Shown here piece after piece: positions 38,923-51,849 of a stretch of 64,000 bases of DNA (the stretch's first letter is position 1; each line of letters starts with the position of its first letter). This stretch comes from Chiloscyllium plagiosum. Its lineage: Eukaryota. Position numbers and translations under genes: made by a program. The stretch spans positions 33,226,585 through 33,290,584 of the forward strand of contig NC_057728.1 of assembly GCF_004010195.1 (NCBI RefSeq), in the 5' to 3' direction. Below the pieces are notes generated by a model, which worked only from the letters and a program-made list of their open reading frames with translations, ran no database searches and was not told the DNA's origin.

Positions 38923-39484
38923 ATATAATTAGAGATAATAATGGATTATTGACATACATTGTGTGAGATATTGTGGGATTCATAATTTAAGGCAATGGAG
39001 TTGTTCGGGCTTGGCAGTGAGTTAGAGATCATAACTGAAATTAAACTAAATGTAAGTGGGGAAAATACAGAAGAACACATGACAAGTGAATGACTGGTTT
39101 ATTAACTAATTTCAGTTGCAGTTTAATTGCCTTAGAGAATTTGGTGAAAATTCATTGGTTGCTAAGTGATTAAATCAAGAGTGAGATGATAAAGAAATCA
39201 TTGATTACAATTTAGCTAATTGTCCCAGAGGCATGTTAATCCATGTCCACTGATCCAAGCTGAGACATAAACTAATGAATTCTTTCAAAAAGTCAATATG
39301 TTGAGATTTCTAGAAAGAATCTTCAAGGGTATTTTTTCATTTATCTCAATTATTTAAAAAGTATCTAGGATGGCATAAATTATCCACCAAGTAGCTAAAG
39401 CGTTAGAGGAGTCTCACGTGTGCAGTGTGTATGACAAATCAATATGCATATGTGTATCGCCCAAAGTGTGCTGAAGTATGATAG

Positions 39485-39807
39485 TCATGAGGAGAGAAGC
39501 AGCCTAGGGTAGGGGAGCCCAAAACTGGAGAGCATTGGTTTACAGTGAGGGTGGGGGGAGACTTAAAGGGAACTTGAGGGCAACTTTTTCACACAGCGGG
39601 TGGTACGTATATGGAATAAACTGCCAGAAGTGGTAGAAGCAGGTATACTCACAACATTTAAAAGACATTTAGACTAGCACATGAATATAAAAGGTTTAGA
39701 GAGATATGGGCCAAACACAGGCAATGGGACGAGTTTAGTTAGGAAATCCAGTCGGCATGGACAAGTTGGATTGTAGGGTCTGTTTTTGTGTTGTATGACT
39801 CTATGAC
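39485..39807 (+). mobile_element. CR1 LINE 3' end
   Basis: gggcaactttttcacacagcgggtggtacgtatatggaa (GNFFTQRVVRIW); tail gtatgactctatgac. Confidence 0.85.
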
Positions 39808-40358
39808 AGGAGCCAAACCAACTTAGAGTCAATATAGAATGAGCTGTGCCAAAATGCTCATTTAAAGTGAGCTGATTTTCTCAAAGTTACACATGCAAGA
39901 GATTCCTAGGTCAAAGTGGCAGCAGGCAAAAATCAAACAAATAGGTATCATTCAAGGAAACTGGATAGACACTTAAGGGATATAGAGACAGACAAGGGAA
40001 TGGGATTGCCTACATTTTTCTAAAGACAACTGGCATGGATTTGAAGGGCAATATGGCTTCCTTGTACACTAACCACTGGGAAAAGTCATGATGGATAATA
40101 AAGTTATACAGTTTTAGTAGCAGCCAGTGATTGTCATTTCATTTTCCCGATGTTTAACTGGAAGAAATTGCAACTGTCTAAGCCTGTCGGGACCTACCTG
40201 AAGGGGAAAAAAAAGACCTCAGCTAGCCAAAGGCTTAGTCAATACAAAACACAATTTAAAAATGAAAACATTACTTAGAATTGCCATTTCAAAGTCAGAG
40301 AGCTGTTTACTTGAAAAGTTAAATCTCTGATCTGATCCTGTCTCTCTAAAATACTTAC

Positions 40359-40486
40359 AGAGCTGTCCTTCTTGATCAGACAAAACATTGTGCTAAGGAT
40401 GCGTGCACACATGATTAGATCCTTCTGGTCTTGCAGATGCATGTGGAGATGGTGTAGAACCACAGGTAGGAGAATGCAGCGAGAAT
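40359..40486 (-). CDS. DOCK4: DOCK4 coding exon (128 nt): (D)SRCILLPVVLHHLHMHLQDQKDLIMCARILSTMFCLIKKDSS
   Basis: cag acceptor, gtaagt donor, phase 1/0; within ORF 40275..40583. Confidence 0.95.
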
Positions 40487-40984
40487 CTGGAATAAGATGG
40501 TCAATGCAGAATGCATCAGTCTCAATGACGGCCATGATACTACTGAAGCTGAATATATCAACTATTACCACTGAATGTTTCATCTGAACACTTGCTGTTG
40601 TATTGGCAACAAATTTAGCATTATCTCTTGAAAAGTCAAGATAATCTGTCTTCTCTTTCTTACATTATTGGTATAATTTCTTCTCAGGTTATCTGAAGAA
40701 ATACATAATGTAAAGGAATACATGCAAAGGTGAAATTTCTCCTAATTACCTGTTCTATTTATTGTAATGCAGTCATACATAAATACAATGCAGTCCAGAG
40801 TCTAAATTTGAAGAGTCTAGATCACAATGTTAATATTTACATCTTTAATGAGAGACAGCACCCAACTAAATCAAGGGGGAAACTATTGCACATCTGGCAT
40901 GGCACCCCCAAAGATTTAATTTACTTTCCTCTAACTGCTACCACAGTCTGATAAATCTCAAACTTAATTTCAGGCACAGGAGTG

Positions 40985-41197
40985 GCACTGAAATAACTGC
41001 ACAGAGGCTGGGTCCTGTCACCAAGTCACCCTTTCATTTACTAGTGCACTGTACACTGGCTGTGGCCAACCAGTTCAGAGTTAGTCCTCAACTGAGGAGA
41101 TTCTGACCTCCTGGTTATATTGGTCAGCCAAGGCTTCCCTGATTGACCCCAATCAAGAAGCGCAGTTAACGAGATCTACCTGGTCCCAATCACCACA
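40985..41197 (-). mobile_element. Short LTR-like repeat; related copy at about 51590-51832
   Basis: Shared ctgaaataact(g/c)cacagaggc...tcctgtcac and ccctgattg blocks; both end in ...aca. Confidence 0.45.
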
Positions 41198-41229
41198 GGT
41201 ACACTCTTGGTGGAACTGAATTTCAAGAG

Positions 41230-41690
41230 AAATTAAACCATGGTCCAACTTCATCAAGGTGCGTATAAAAGATTCCATGACAATATTTTGAAGAGGACTG
41301 AGGAAGATTTCCAGATCAATACTTATCCCTCAACCAGCATGGCTGAAAACAGATGAGCTGGCCATTGTGTTATTGTTGTATGTGGGTGGTTGCTGCACTT
41401 ATGTTTGGCTGCCATTTATCCTTCTAATGTGGTTAGAGACAAGAAAACGTCAGATGCTTCAATCCAGAGGAGACAACCAGGAAGCTGGAACACAGCAAAC
41501 CAGGAGGTGGACAAAGTCCTGAAGAAGGGTTACACCCGAAATGTTGACTTCTCCCCCTCTTGATGCTGCCTAGCTTGCCGTGTACTTCGAGTCTCCTGCT
41601 TGTCTACCATGTATCCTTCTAACAACAGTGACTAAAGTTTGCACATATGTCATTGGTTGTCAGGCAATCAGGATGACCAAAGTGAAGTGA
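41230..41690 (+). mobile_element. Deu-domain SINE (SacSINE/AmnSINE-like) interrupted by a pLTR insertion
   Basis: taaaagattccatgacaatattttgaagagg...tatccctcaaccagcat...aaaacagatgagctggccatt...ttggctgcc...acaacagtgact matches the recalled Deu-domain consensus. Confidence 0.6.
41428..41606. mobile_element. Penelope pLTR mini-insertion (second family), partly inverted, 16-bp TSD
   Basis: ccatttatccttctaa (41412) / ccatgtatccttctaa (41607); CTGAAGA-a-GGGT-tac-ACCC-GAAA at 41519-41541. Confidence 0.7.
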
Positions 41691-44600
41691 CTTAGAGTTT
41701 TCAATTCTCATTTAGACTTAACTTAGATCAGAAGTATTTCGATGAATTTGTAGGATTTAAATAACCATCCCTTGGATAAGAAGCTGCCTGAGAATGTTGA
41801 CTTCTTCCATATAACCTGCTTTATTTTAAAGGACAGCTAGGCTATAAACATCAGATATTTTAAGGATTGAGATTTTTCTCTCCAGGAAATACACTTCCAC
41901 ACTTCAGGAAACGTACAAAATATTGGGATTCATTTCAGTTGTAACTGAAATCTTAAATCAGGTGATTTACTAATTTTACAATTTTATTGACAGAAATTAA
42001 CAGTTCACGTGGATCAGAATACTGTTGCACCAATAGCTGTCATAAGATGTAACATCTAATATAATAAAATCCAGTTTGATGCTATTTATAACTATTCATG
42101 AGTAACTGAGTAACTAAGAATAAACTATTTAACAAAATCTAACAATAGACTATCCATCAACATTTCAAGTTTTACCCCAAAAGCCCTGAATGGAATAAAA
42201 TATCTTTTGAGAAGCATTACTTGAAGGGCCTTAGTACTTCTGAAATTTCAGTGAAAAGTTTTTTTATATATTAGTTGGAGGCCTTCCACTTTGCAAATGC
42301 AGGTGTTTACCCTCTGCATAGGGTCCTTGCACCTTTCACAAAATGCAGTATCATTTCATATTATTCCTTAATTGTTCATTTAACATTCCTCTCATTTTTT
42401 ACAGTCATGTCTAGATAATTTTTTTAATCTCACTCTTATGTGTTCAATCTTAAAAGAATCCTTTATTAAAGGTTAATCAGTAAACATGTTTCATTTTCTT
42501 TCTGAGTGTTGCCTTATCCTGGTTTTAAATGATATTCAAGTGACAAGCATTTTCGCTATTCTTGGCAGTTGAATAGTCCTTCTGAGCCGGGGGGGGGGCC
42601 TGCATTCAAGTCCCACATGCTCCAGATGTGTTTAATAATATCTGAACAGGTTGATTATAAAATATAGATAGTTTGGATAGGTCCAGCATTCCTCCTGTAA
42701 TTCCTCACTTTCAAGCCCAGGTCTGACATTGTCATGCATCTTTCCAGACCTTCTTTACAGTCATTAAACAATTGTTGATACCTTTGGAGTGGGTGGTGGT
42801 GGTCATACAGAAGAGTAGTTTATTCAAATGGCATTTAAATGCAGAGAATGCTCATTCCCAAGAGCAACTGGCACTGCAGGCCACTAGCTGCTAAACCCAA
42901 TTGAAGTACTTTAAAAGATAAAATGGGAAAAACCCATATTAGGAAGGCGCAGGTAGATGCCTACAGTAGAGCTGTTTGACATAGGCTTGTGCATTACCAC
43001 TTCAGGTGATGCTATGTTAACACATCTTTGTACCGATTTGTTCTGTTGTCTGCACTCATTAATGGCTACAATTATCATTCAAGTGGTAAACACTCCATCA
43101 GTTCAAAATAAGTAAACTTTCCCTTAAAAGACCTTTTAAAGCACATTTGCTTTTTGCTGGTAAAGTATCAGCTTTACTTGGTGACCAGATGACATTAGCA
43201 TAGAATATAAAGGAAAAATGTTCTGCTTTCCAGTGCAGTGCCCAGTGACTGCTGCAGTGATAATTGCTGAACATATCCTTGTGTATTTTAGTCAGCTGAA
43301 ATTAGAGTTTGTATAAACGCTAAGGTAAACTAAATTCAAAACCCAGCTGAGCTTGGAAGAGTTAGGTTAATGTTCTGATAGCTAAATAATTAATATTCAA
43401 GAAGGGTTCAAGATTAACCCATTCATAAATTCAAATCAATACAATATCAAAATCTCCAGTCACATGCAGCTCCTGAGTAAAATGTGTGTGTGTGTCTGGT
43501 AAACATGTAGACATTGCTCATATGAGTCTGGAATAGTAAGCAGGTATTGTAACATGAGACCATTAGTGAAGTAGTTAAATGGTTTGAAATCAAAAGGGAT
43601 AGAATTCTGTCAGCCTCCTGTAATCTGAAAAACAGAAATTGTAAACCTGTCGCATTTCTGCGGCAATGGGCAAAAGTGTTAATTGAGGTGAGGTTGGAGT
43701 GGAAGTTGACAAGAAGCACAGTGAGTACAGTTTGGCCTTTCATTTACTGCATATTGCGAGATATTGTGTCTAGTCAGTTCACATTTTTTTTCTGTGAAAG
43801 TTAAAACAGATGCAGGTGAAAAGCAACATCATGGTCTGTCGTTTTTATGGCAATCATGAAATCCTGGTAAATAATGCTTCACTTCCTCCCACACAGCATA
43901 GATTGGTGGTCATTAGTTTGACAATAATCAACATAACCAAAGATTATTTCAATCTATCTGGTTGATCACAGAGTTCAACACTGAATACAGTGCTCACATC
44001 AAAACCGATTTTAATCAATTGATTTCCTTCCTAAATATCTGGCTGATGGAGATTTATAACAACAGTATTTTTATCACACTCCTGGCAGTCACCACTAAAT
44101 ATTGTTTTTGATCTATTCAAATTAATTCTCTTCTTTCTTTATCTAGCTATCTTCTTTTAAGCTTCATCAGATGGCTATTTGCATTTCATTTGAGCAGAGT
44201 TTCTCAAGCTTTTACACTACTCCAGTCCTTTTTTAACCAATCCGACTCTCAGAGACTTAGTGTTCACTGTTTAGAGCAATGAATACTATTTGAAATTATT
44301 GTGCAATATAGTTCAATGAATATTATCCAAAAGCTTGCTGAAACCTTAAAATTAATTAAAATTAATCCATGGATTCTCTTAACACGTATGCTTGGATGTA
44401 TCCTTGCAGAATTCCAATCAGTTTGCCAAGCATGATTTTCAGTCCATATAACCATTCTGAGCTGCCACACTTCTTGAGATGTATCACACCACCCTGGATT
44501 GACACTATTATCTCATCCACGGCAGATGTTAGGCTCAGCAGAATTTAGTTTGTGATTTTTGATGGTGCATGGCTTAAAGTCTGCAACTCTACCCTTTATA

Positions 44601-45359
44601 GAATTCCTGCTTCTAATAATTTTCCAATGGTTCAAACCAAAACTTGTTTCGTTTAGGCATTCACCATGAGGTACTCTTGCAGGCACCTCTTTGGGCCTCA
44701 GGATCTTATCTTCTTTCAACTGCCTTCAATGTTAAATTAAAAGGAAGCTGATGCTTGGACACTGTAGTACAGAGTACCTATAGAGGTGGTATTATTACTA
44801 TCCTTAAGAGTTATCTTCTATTTAATTGAGTGTCTTCACCTGGTAACAACTGAAAGAGGGATGATAAAGAAATTCCAAACCATATTTGTTTTCAGAAATC
44901 TAATGAATCTAACTGACTAAATATTTGACCACTATCCTGTGCTAACGCCTTTGCCAATTACAGAGCAATTAACATAAGTGTTTCAAAGTGAACAAATATA
45001 TTTCAACGTCTGGTCCTGAGACCAGCAGAGTTCATTGCCACCTCTATTAAAAATTTTGTTTAAAACTAAATGGCCATATTCAACTCCTTCCAAGTGCTTG
45101 ACAGAAATGCACAGGAATCAACCAACTGTTCACGTGCAGAACATACAAAGAACATTGTCAAAGTTGTTATCCAAAGTTTGGTGCAACCTTAAATTGTCAG
45201 ACATAGTTCAAACCCTACTTCACAAGCATACAATAGGTCAAAAATATGAACGGTGTCATAAAAAAAGTAAAAAAGAGACATAATGTCGCTCTCTAACTGT
45301 GTGAACTAAATTTTCCTCGGTACTTTAGTTTTAGCTGCCTCTTTGATGTTTGTTTGCCC

Positions 45360-45610
45360 TGTAAATATTTTCTAATCAACCTGTTCAGATAGCATTACAT
45401 AACTCCGGAGCAGGTGGGACCTGAACCGGCCTCCTGGCTCAGAGTTAGAAACAATATTACTGCACCATAGGAACCCCTTTGCTTGCTTTGTAGACATTTT
45501 CAAAACAGTCTGTTCACAGAAGTTACTATGCACCTCAAAATAGGTGGGACTTGGATGTGCTCATCTTGGCTGAGGTAGGGATACTATCATTGTGTCACAA
45601 TGATCCCACG
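45360..45610 (-). mobile_element. Two tandem short tRNA-derived SINE-like units; related copy on + at about 42560-42665
   Basis: Shared gttca(a/g)gtcccac(c/a)tgctcc...atctgaacaggttgatta motif. Confidence 0.5.
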
Positions 45611-45849
45611 TTGTTTGCCTTACAATGCATTATGACATATGGCCATATGGATGCTGAACTATGACTGGTCACCACATGCATTGAACACTAAGAGAAAGCC
45701 ACAACATTTTCCCATTTGCACAATAACATTAGCTGAAAAGTTTTGGAATTGGTAAATGGGCATTTGCTACAGGGTAACACTTCACGTTTACAAATAATAA
45801 AGTGAACTAAAACTGAATGGAAAAAAATTACCTTGAAAGTGAACTTCAT

Positions 45850-46410
45850 ACTGGTCTGATAGAAGGTTACAAACGTTTGAGAGACATGGATAGAATGGAT
45901 AGTCAGAGTCTTTTTTGCATAGTTGAAATACCAATTACTAGGGGACTTAGGTTAGGTAAGGGGGGTAAGTTTAAATGGGATGTGAAAGGAAAGTTTTACT
46001 TTTACACAGAGGGTCATAAGTGTCTAGAATGGGCTGCCAGAGGAGGTGGTAGAAGCAGATATGAGCAACATTTAACACACCTCTTGAGAGATACATGAAT
46101 ATGCAGAAAATAGAGGGATATGGACCACGTGGGGCAAAAGGTTTTCAGTTTAAAAGGCATCATGTGCCAGCACAGGCTTGATGGGCCAAAAGCTGAAAAT
46201 GTGATGCTGGAAAAGCGCAGCAGGTCAGGCAGCATCCAAGGAGCAGGAGAATCGACATTTCGGGCCCGAAACATCGATTCTCCTGTTCCTTGGATGCTGC
46301 CTGACCTGCTGCGCTTTTCCAGCAACACATTTTCAGCTCTGATCTCCAGCATCTGCAGTTCCTCACTTTCTCCTTGATGGGCCAAAAGGCCTATTCCTGT
46401 GCTGTACAGA
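45850..46410 (+). mobile_element. CR1 LINE 3' end, interrupted by a palindromic insertion
   Basis: LIEGYKRLRDMDRMD.. and F.TE/QRV-like segment; tail gggccaaaaggcctattcctgtgctgtac. Confidence 0.75.
46193..46372. mobile_element. Near-perfect 148-bp palindromic Penelope pLTR insertion with 16-bp TSD
   Basis: Arms 46191-46264 and 46265-46338 with 4 mismatches; cttgatgggccaaaag at 46177 and 46373. Confidence 0.85.
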
Positions 46411-46429
46411 TCTTTTTTTTGTTCTACAA

Positions 46430-47345
46430 AGGGAAAGGAACATGACATAAAGGAAGGTAGGAACATGAGTTGTGAAGAGGACATTTGGAACCTGCAAAGG
46501 GACATGGATAGGTTATGTGAGTTTGCAAAGGTCTGGCAAATGGAGAACAATGTGGAAAAATGTGAAATTATTCATTTTGGCAGGAAGTATAAAAAAGCAT
46601 ATTCTCTGAACAGTGAGAGGTTGAAAAGCTCAAAGATGCAGAGAAGACTGGGTATCATAGTACATGAATGACAGAAGGTTTGTATACAGTTACAGCAGTA
46701 TTCAAGAAAGCTAAAAGAATGTTACGGTTTATTGAGAGAGGAACCAAATGTAAGAGTCAAGAGGTTAAACTCCAGTTATACAGGGCATTGGTGAGACTGC
46801 ATCTGGAATACAGTGTATAGTACTGGTTACCACACTTATGGAAGGATGTTAATGCATTAGAAGCAGTTCCAAGTAGGTTTACTAAACTAAGACTTGGAAT
46901 AAGTGGATTGTTTTATGAGGAAGGGCTAGACAGGCTAGGTCTGTATCCTCTAGAGTTTAGAGGAGTCAGGGATGGTTACTTGAAACATACAAGATTCTGA
47001 AGAGACTTGAGCAGGTGGACATTGAGAGCGTGTATCATCTTTTGGGAGAATCTCGAACTAGGGTTGTAGTTTAAAAATAAAGGGCTGCTCATTTAAAACA
47101 GAGATGAGGATTTTTTTTCTTTCAGAGGGTTGAGTGTCCCTGGAGTTTCCTTCATCAAAACACAGTGTCTGCAGAATTTTAAAGTATTTTTACAGCAGAG
47201 GTAAATAAATGATTGATTAGCAAGGGGATGAAAGATTATTGGAAATATGTAGGATAGTAGAGTTGAAGAATTAGATGATCCGTGATCTCATTCATTGCAG
47301 AGCAGGCTCAAAGGGCTGAGTGGCCGACTCTTGATTCCTTTTCCA
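46430..47345 (+). mobile_element. CR1 LINE 3' portion (different subfamily)
   Basis: LQRDMDRLCEFAKVWQMENNVEKCEIIHFGRK and LYRALVRLHLEY motifs. Confidence 0.85.
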
Positions 47346-47402
47346 TATTTGAGAAAAGTATAAATTAATAAAGTAAAACAATTAATAACCATCTTCTCTT
47401 AC

Positions 47403-47595
47403 CAGGATTGATAAATAGTTGGCTCTCCACTGTTTTAGCAATGCACTGGAGTTTGACAGCTTCCAGTGAATATTCCACGTGCAGGACATCTGGCATGCTG
47501 CGTAAGGTGTCTCTGACCAGGTTTGCCACTTCCCGTACATCTATCAGTTTCAGAAGCTCTGAGTATACAGCTGGAAAAGAGCTCAGGAACACAGC
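47403..47595 (-). CDS. DOCK4: DOCK4 coding exon (193 nt): AVFLSSFPAVYSELLKLIDVREVANLVRDTLRSMPDVLHVEYSLEAVKLQCIAKTVESQLFINP(D)
   Basis: cag acceptor, gtaaga donor, phase 0/1; ORF 47365..47592. Confidence 0.96.
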
Positions 47596-47769
47596 CTGGT
47601 GAAAACAAAGGAAATCTAGTCACCAATTTAACAAAGTTGATTTTAAAACTTAACATGAGCCATTGGAATTTCAGAAACATTCACATCTTCCTGCTCACCA
47701 CCTCCTCCCTCCCAGCATCCAGCACGTTAAGCACTCCTAAGCAAACAGTAATTAACTTCTCTCTGTTCA

Positions 47770-48040
47770 GTTTCGGATACTGCATTCATGACTCATGATG
47801 TAGCCTCCTCTATGCTGGGGACACCAAGTATTGATTAGGTATTCACTTTGCTGCATATTTCAGTTCAGCCTGCAAGATTGATTCTGAGCTTCCAAGTGCT
47901 TGCTGTTTTGACTTTTCATCTTACTCCCACTCTGGCTGCTCTATCCTCTGCCTCCTACTGATATAAGCTTGCAGAACAGCACGTTATTTTCAATTTGGAT
48001 TATTTCCATCCTCCAGACTCTATCTTAAATTTAACAATCG
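47770..48040 (+). mobile_element. Highly degenerate Penelope GIY-YIG fragment
   Basis: YCIH...CSLLYAGDTK..LG.HF ... KLAEQHVIF. Confidence 0.5.
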
Positions 48041-48919
48041 CAGATCATAATTGCTGACCCCAGATTCATTTGCAATGCCCCGAAATCCATCTTTTGCTTC
48101 TTGTCCTGTTACAATCCCCTTTTATCCGGTATCATCATTCCTGTCATAATTTAATTGCTCCTGCCTTTCACCATATCACATGCCTTCACTTGAGCATTTA
48201 GTTTCCCTCCTTTGCCCCATTCTTCCTATCCCAGCTCCCACCCTGGTTTAACTTCTTTGGTTTAAGGTTATGGGTCACGATGGGTGGCAACCCAAATCTC
48301 AGCCTTGAATATACTTAATGACCCTTCTACAACCCTACAGAACTCCACAGATTCACTACCCTCAGTGAAGAAATGCCTCCTTTCTGTCTTAATTGTGCAA
48401 TCTCTTTTCTGCGATTATACCAGGTCATCCTAGAATCTGCCATAAGGGAAGAGATCCTTTCCTCTAAAGAATGGTTGTCAATAGAAAAAAACCAGACCTG
48501 TGGCTGAAACACGCACCTGGAGACTTTTCCTCTCTGCTGGTTTCGCCCTTGATAACTTTAATTTTAAACAAAAGCCTCCATTTTGAGGGAGGAACAAGGG
48601 ATGTTCCATGTTGAGGCACACAGCTTTGTTGGGGAGGCTGCGGAATCAGCAGGGTTGCTGGCCCACTCACTGTGCTGACAGCATGACACTGCCTGCCCCA
48701 CATTCTCATGCTGCTGAAATAAGGACGCTGCTTCTAGGAAGATTGCACAGTTAGGCGAAGATACACAGGCAATGGGATGTTATTTATATTCCCAAAGCCA
48801 ACAGGAAATTTCAACCCAATGATTTCCAATATTTATAGGATTTCTCAAGCTCATGCAAAGTGAGTTTCAAATTTATGAATCATTTCAAATCCTAGATGAA
48901 TATAAGCAAAAAAAAAGCC

Positions 48920-49345
48920 AAGTCATACAGCACGGAAACAGACCCTTCGGTCCAACTCGTACATGGCGACCAGATATCCCAACCCAACCTAGTCCCACCT
49001 GCCAGCACCCGGCCCATATCCCTCTAAACCCTTCCTCTTCATATACCCATCCAGATGTCTTTTAAATGTTGCAATTGTACCAGCCTCCACCACTTCCTCT
49101 GGCAGCTCATTCCATACACATACTACCCTCTGCATGAAAAAAATTGCCCCTTAGGTCTCTTTTATATCTGTTTCCTCTCACCCTAAACCTATAGCCTCTA
49201 GCTCTGGACTCCCCGACCCCAGTGAAAAGACTTTGTCTATTTATCCTATTCATGCCCCTCATGATTTTATCAACCTCTATAAGGTCACCCCTCAGCCTCT
49301 GATGTTTGAGGGAAAACAGCCCTAGCCTATTCAACCTCTCCCTAT
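48920..49345 (-). mobile_element. CR1 LINE 3' end
   Basis: RLGLFSLKHQRLRGDLIEVDKIMRG...RGNFF; tail similar to 60290-60710 in the opposite orientation. Confidence 0.9.
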
Positions 49346-49579
49346 GTCAAACTATTCAATGTACATTTCTGTATAGTTATAAAATTAAAGCCCAATTGTT
49401 GTGATTGGCTTATGAGCTCTTACAAACAAAGGCAGCATTCAAACCTACAAGTTTACCAATAGATGATTCAATTATTCATTTCAAGAATTAAGAGCAACCA
49501 TATCTTTTGATATAAAATGACATCCATCTGGAATTTCACAATATAATAATGTATTGGAAGTGAAGTAGGTCATTGAGAA

Positions 49580-50290
49580 TTTTTTTTAATTCACTCAGGA
49601 ATATGGGTGTTGCTGACTGGGCCAGAATTTATTGCCCATTCTTAATTATCCTTGAGAAGGTGGCAGTGGGCCATCTTAAACTGCTTCAACAATCCATGTG
49701 CTGAAGGCAGACAGTTGGAGAGGAAATTTCAGACTTTTGACCCAACGATACCAAAGGAACTGAAGGGATATTTTCATGCCAAGGTGTGTGCAGCTTTGAG
49801 GGGAACTTGGAAGTGGCAGTGTTCCTATGTAAATGCTGCTCTTGTTTTTTGAGGTGGAAGTGGTTGTGGGTTTGGGAAGTGCAGTCTAAGGAGCGAATCA
49901 AGCCAGCTGCTTTGTCCTGGATGGTGTCAAGCTTCCTGAGTGTTTTTGGAGTTGCACTCAAAGGAAAGTGGGGAGTATTCTATCACACTCCTGATTTGTG
50001 CTTTGTAGAAAGCAAACAGGCTTTGGGGAGTCAGGAGGGGAATTATTTGCTGCAGGAATCCTAGCCTCTGGCCTGCTTTTGTAGCACTGGCCTGCTTTTG
50101 TAGCCACTGTACTTACATGATCAGTCAAGTTCAGTTCCTAGTAATCCCCAGGAGTTTGATATTGGGGGGGAATTCAATGACAGCAATACCATCGCATCAA
50201 GGGGTGGTGCCTAGCTTGGCTCATATTAGGGATGATTATTGACTGGCATTTATGATGTGTCAATGTTATTAGCCATTTACCAATTCAAGC
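49580..50290 (-). mobile_element. LINE 3' portion, same family as 16285-18390
   Basis: MSATPKTLRKLDTIQDKAAGLI and the shared 3' tail. Confidence 0.75.
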
Positions 50291-51112
50291 TGAACACAAA
50301 ACAATAATAACAGTACAAGATGATAACACAAACAAGTGCTGGTGAATCGACAGCTTTTCTTTTCACTCTGCTTGATTTTCTTTTCCACCAATTTAAATGC
50401 AAAAAAAATTGCTTGGGTTATAAAATAAGGTACTGACTCATGAGCATTAATTTTACATTTTGCTCAACTTGAAGGATGAAGAGCTTGCATAAAATTCCCA
50501 ATAGATATTTTTGCTAGTGAGCTACACTGAAATTTTCTGGGAATCCCTTTCATCTATGTCAGCACATTAAAATGATAATATAAGAAATGGAAATCAGTGT
50601 TACCAGTCAGGGCCTGAGGGAAAGGGTGGAATTCACAGCACACTCCTCCTTTAGGTTTCTCTTTTGCTAACTGAACTGAGCCAGCTGGTGAGATTAAAAC
50701 CAAGACCCACACATTGTACATTTTGTAGAGTGTCTATGGACTTGTTCAGTCCTACCCCACTCATCCCACACACCTGTGTCTGTGCTCAGATAATTCATAA
50801 ACTTTGCTTGCTTCTCTTGAAGTAAAGACATGAACACACCTTAACAAATTTGATTAACAAACTTTAGTACTTTCAGGCACAAAACTAAATGCTGGTGCAG
50901 TCTGTTTCAGTAAAAACAGTTGAGGAAGATTTTAACAGGAATTTTAAAAAGTGCTTGAAGATATCAAGAATACATTATTGATTTCCATGAGGAGAAAAGA
51001 AGTGTTTTAAAAGTCATAAGAAAGCACTTTCCTATGAGACAAAAGCCAGCTTTCTGCTGCTCTGAAAACATCATTTTGGTCCAGCTTTTTAGCACATTCT
51101 GGACCAAATGTA

Positions 51113-51290
51113 CTAATCCCAGACTAATCCCATTAATTCCAGACTAATTCCATTAATGCCAGACTATCCCAATAATCCCAACTATGCTATTAATCCCAGA
51201 CTATGCCATTAATCCCAGACTATGCCATTAATCCCAGACTATGCCATTAATCCCAGACTAATCCCATTAATCCCAGACTAATCCCATTAG
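51113..51290. repeat. Minisatellite with a 19-20 bp unit (TAATCCCAGACTA[T/A]..CCAT), about 9 units
   Basis: Directly visible; 10 exact TAATCCC copies. Confidence 0.95.
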
Positions 51291-51849
51291 CTGTGCCAGC
51301 AAAGATCCAAGAACCTTTTAATATTTTCTAACTTAATTCCAGTTTGGAACAGCATACAAATTATTTTGAATTTACTTACATGCCAGGAATACACTCCATC
51401 TGACTTAAACTATTTACCTGGGTGAGGCTGCATTTCCCTGGTTTAATCTTCTCTGGTTGTAACCAGAGAATCACCTGTAACAGTTTCTCTGCCTGTTCCT
51501 GCTCTATGTCCCACCTGTTTCTCAAGTACATTCTTCCGCTTCGGTAACATCCTTTCAAACTACATCTGTTTCAACATATAGGCTGACATATGTAACTCTA
51601 CCTCACTCTGGACTCCTTCAATGCCTCTGAAATAACTCCACAGAGGCCAGTATCCTGTCACATTATTTACATGTGAAAGGTCCTTGCCATTGATCCAGCT
51701 CCCTCAGAGCCAGTTCTCAGAGGAAACATTCCTGTTTTTAATCTGTCAGACAGGACTCCCTGATTGGACCAGATTAACAGCCACAACTCATTCTATGAAG
51801 TCCACCTGGTTTACCTAGTTACAATGACTACAACTTCCATTGTCTCTGC

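Noticed and set aside
46014-46550. 178-aa ORF with an internal mirror-like sequence, plus overlapping ORFs
   Set aside because: By-product of the palindromic pLTR insert within CR1 fragments; no protein-family signal.
51113-51290. CRISPR-like or telomeric array
   Set aside because: No unique spacers and a eukaryotic intron context; the unit is GGGATTA-based, not TTAGGG.
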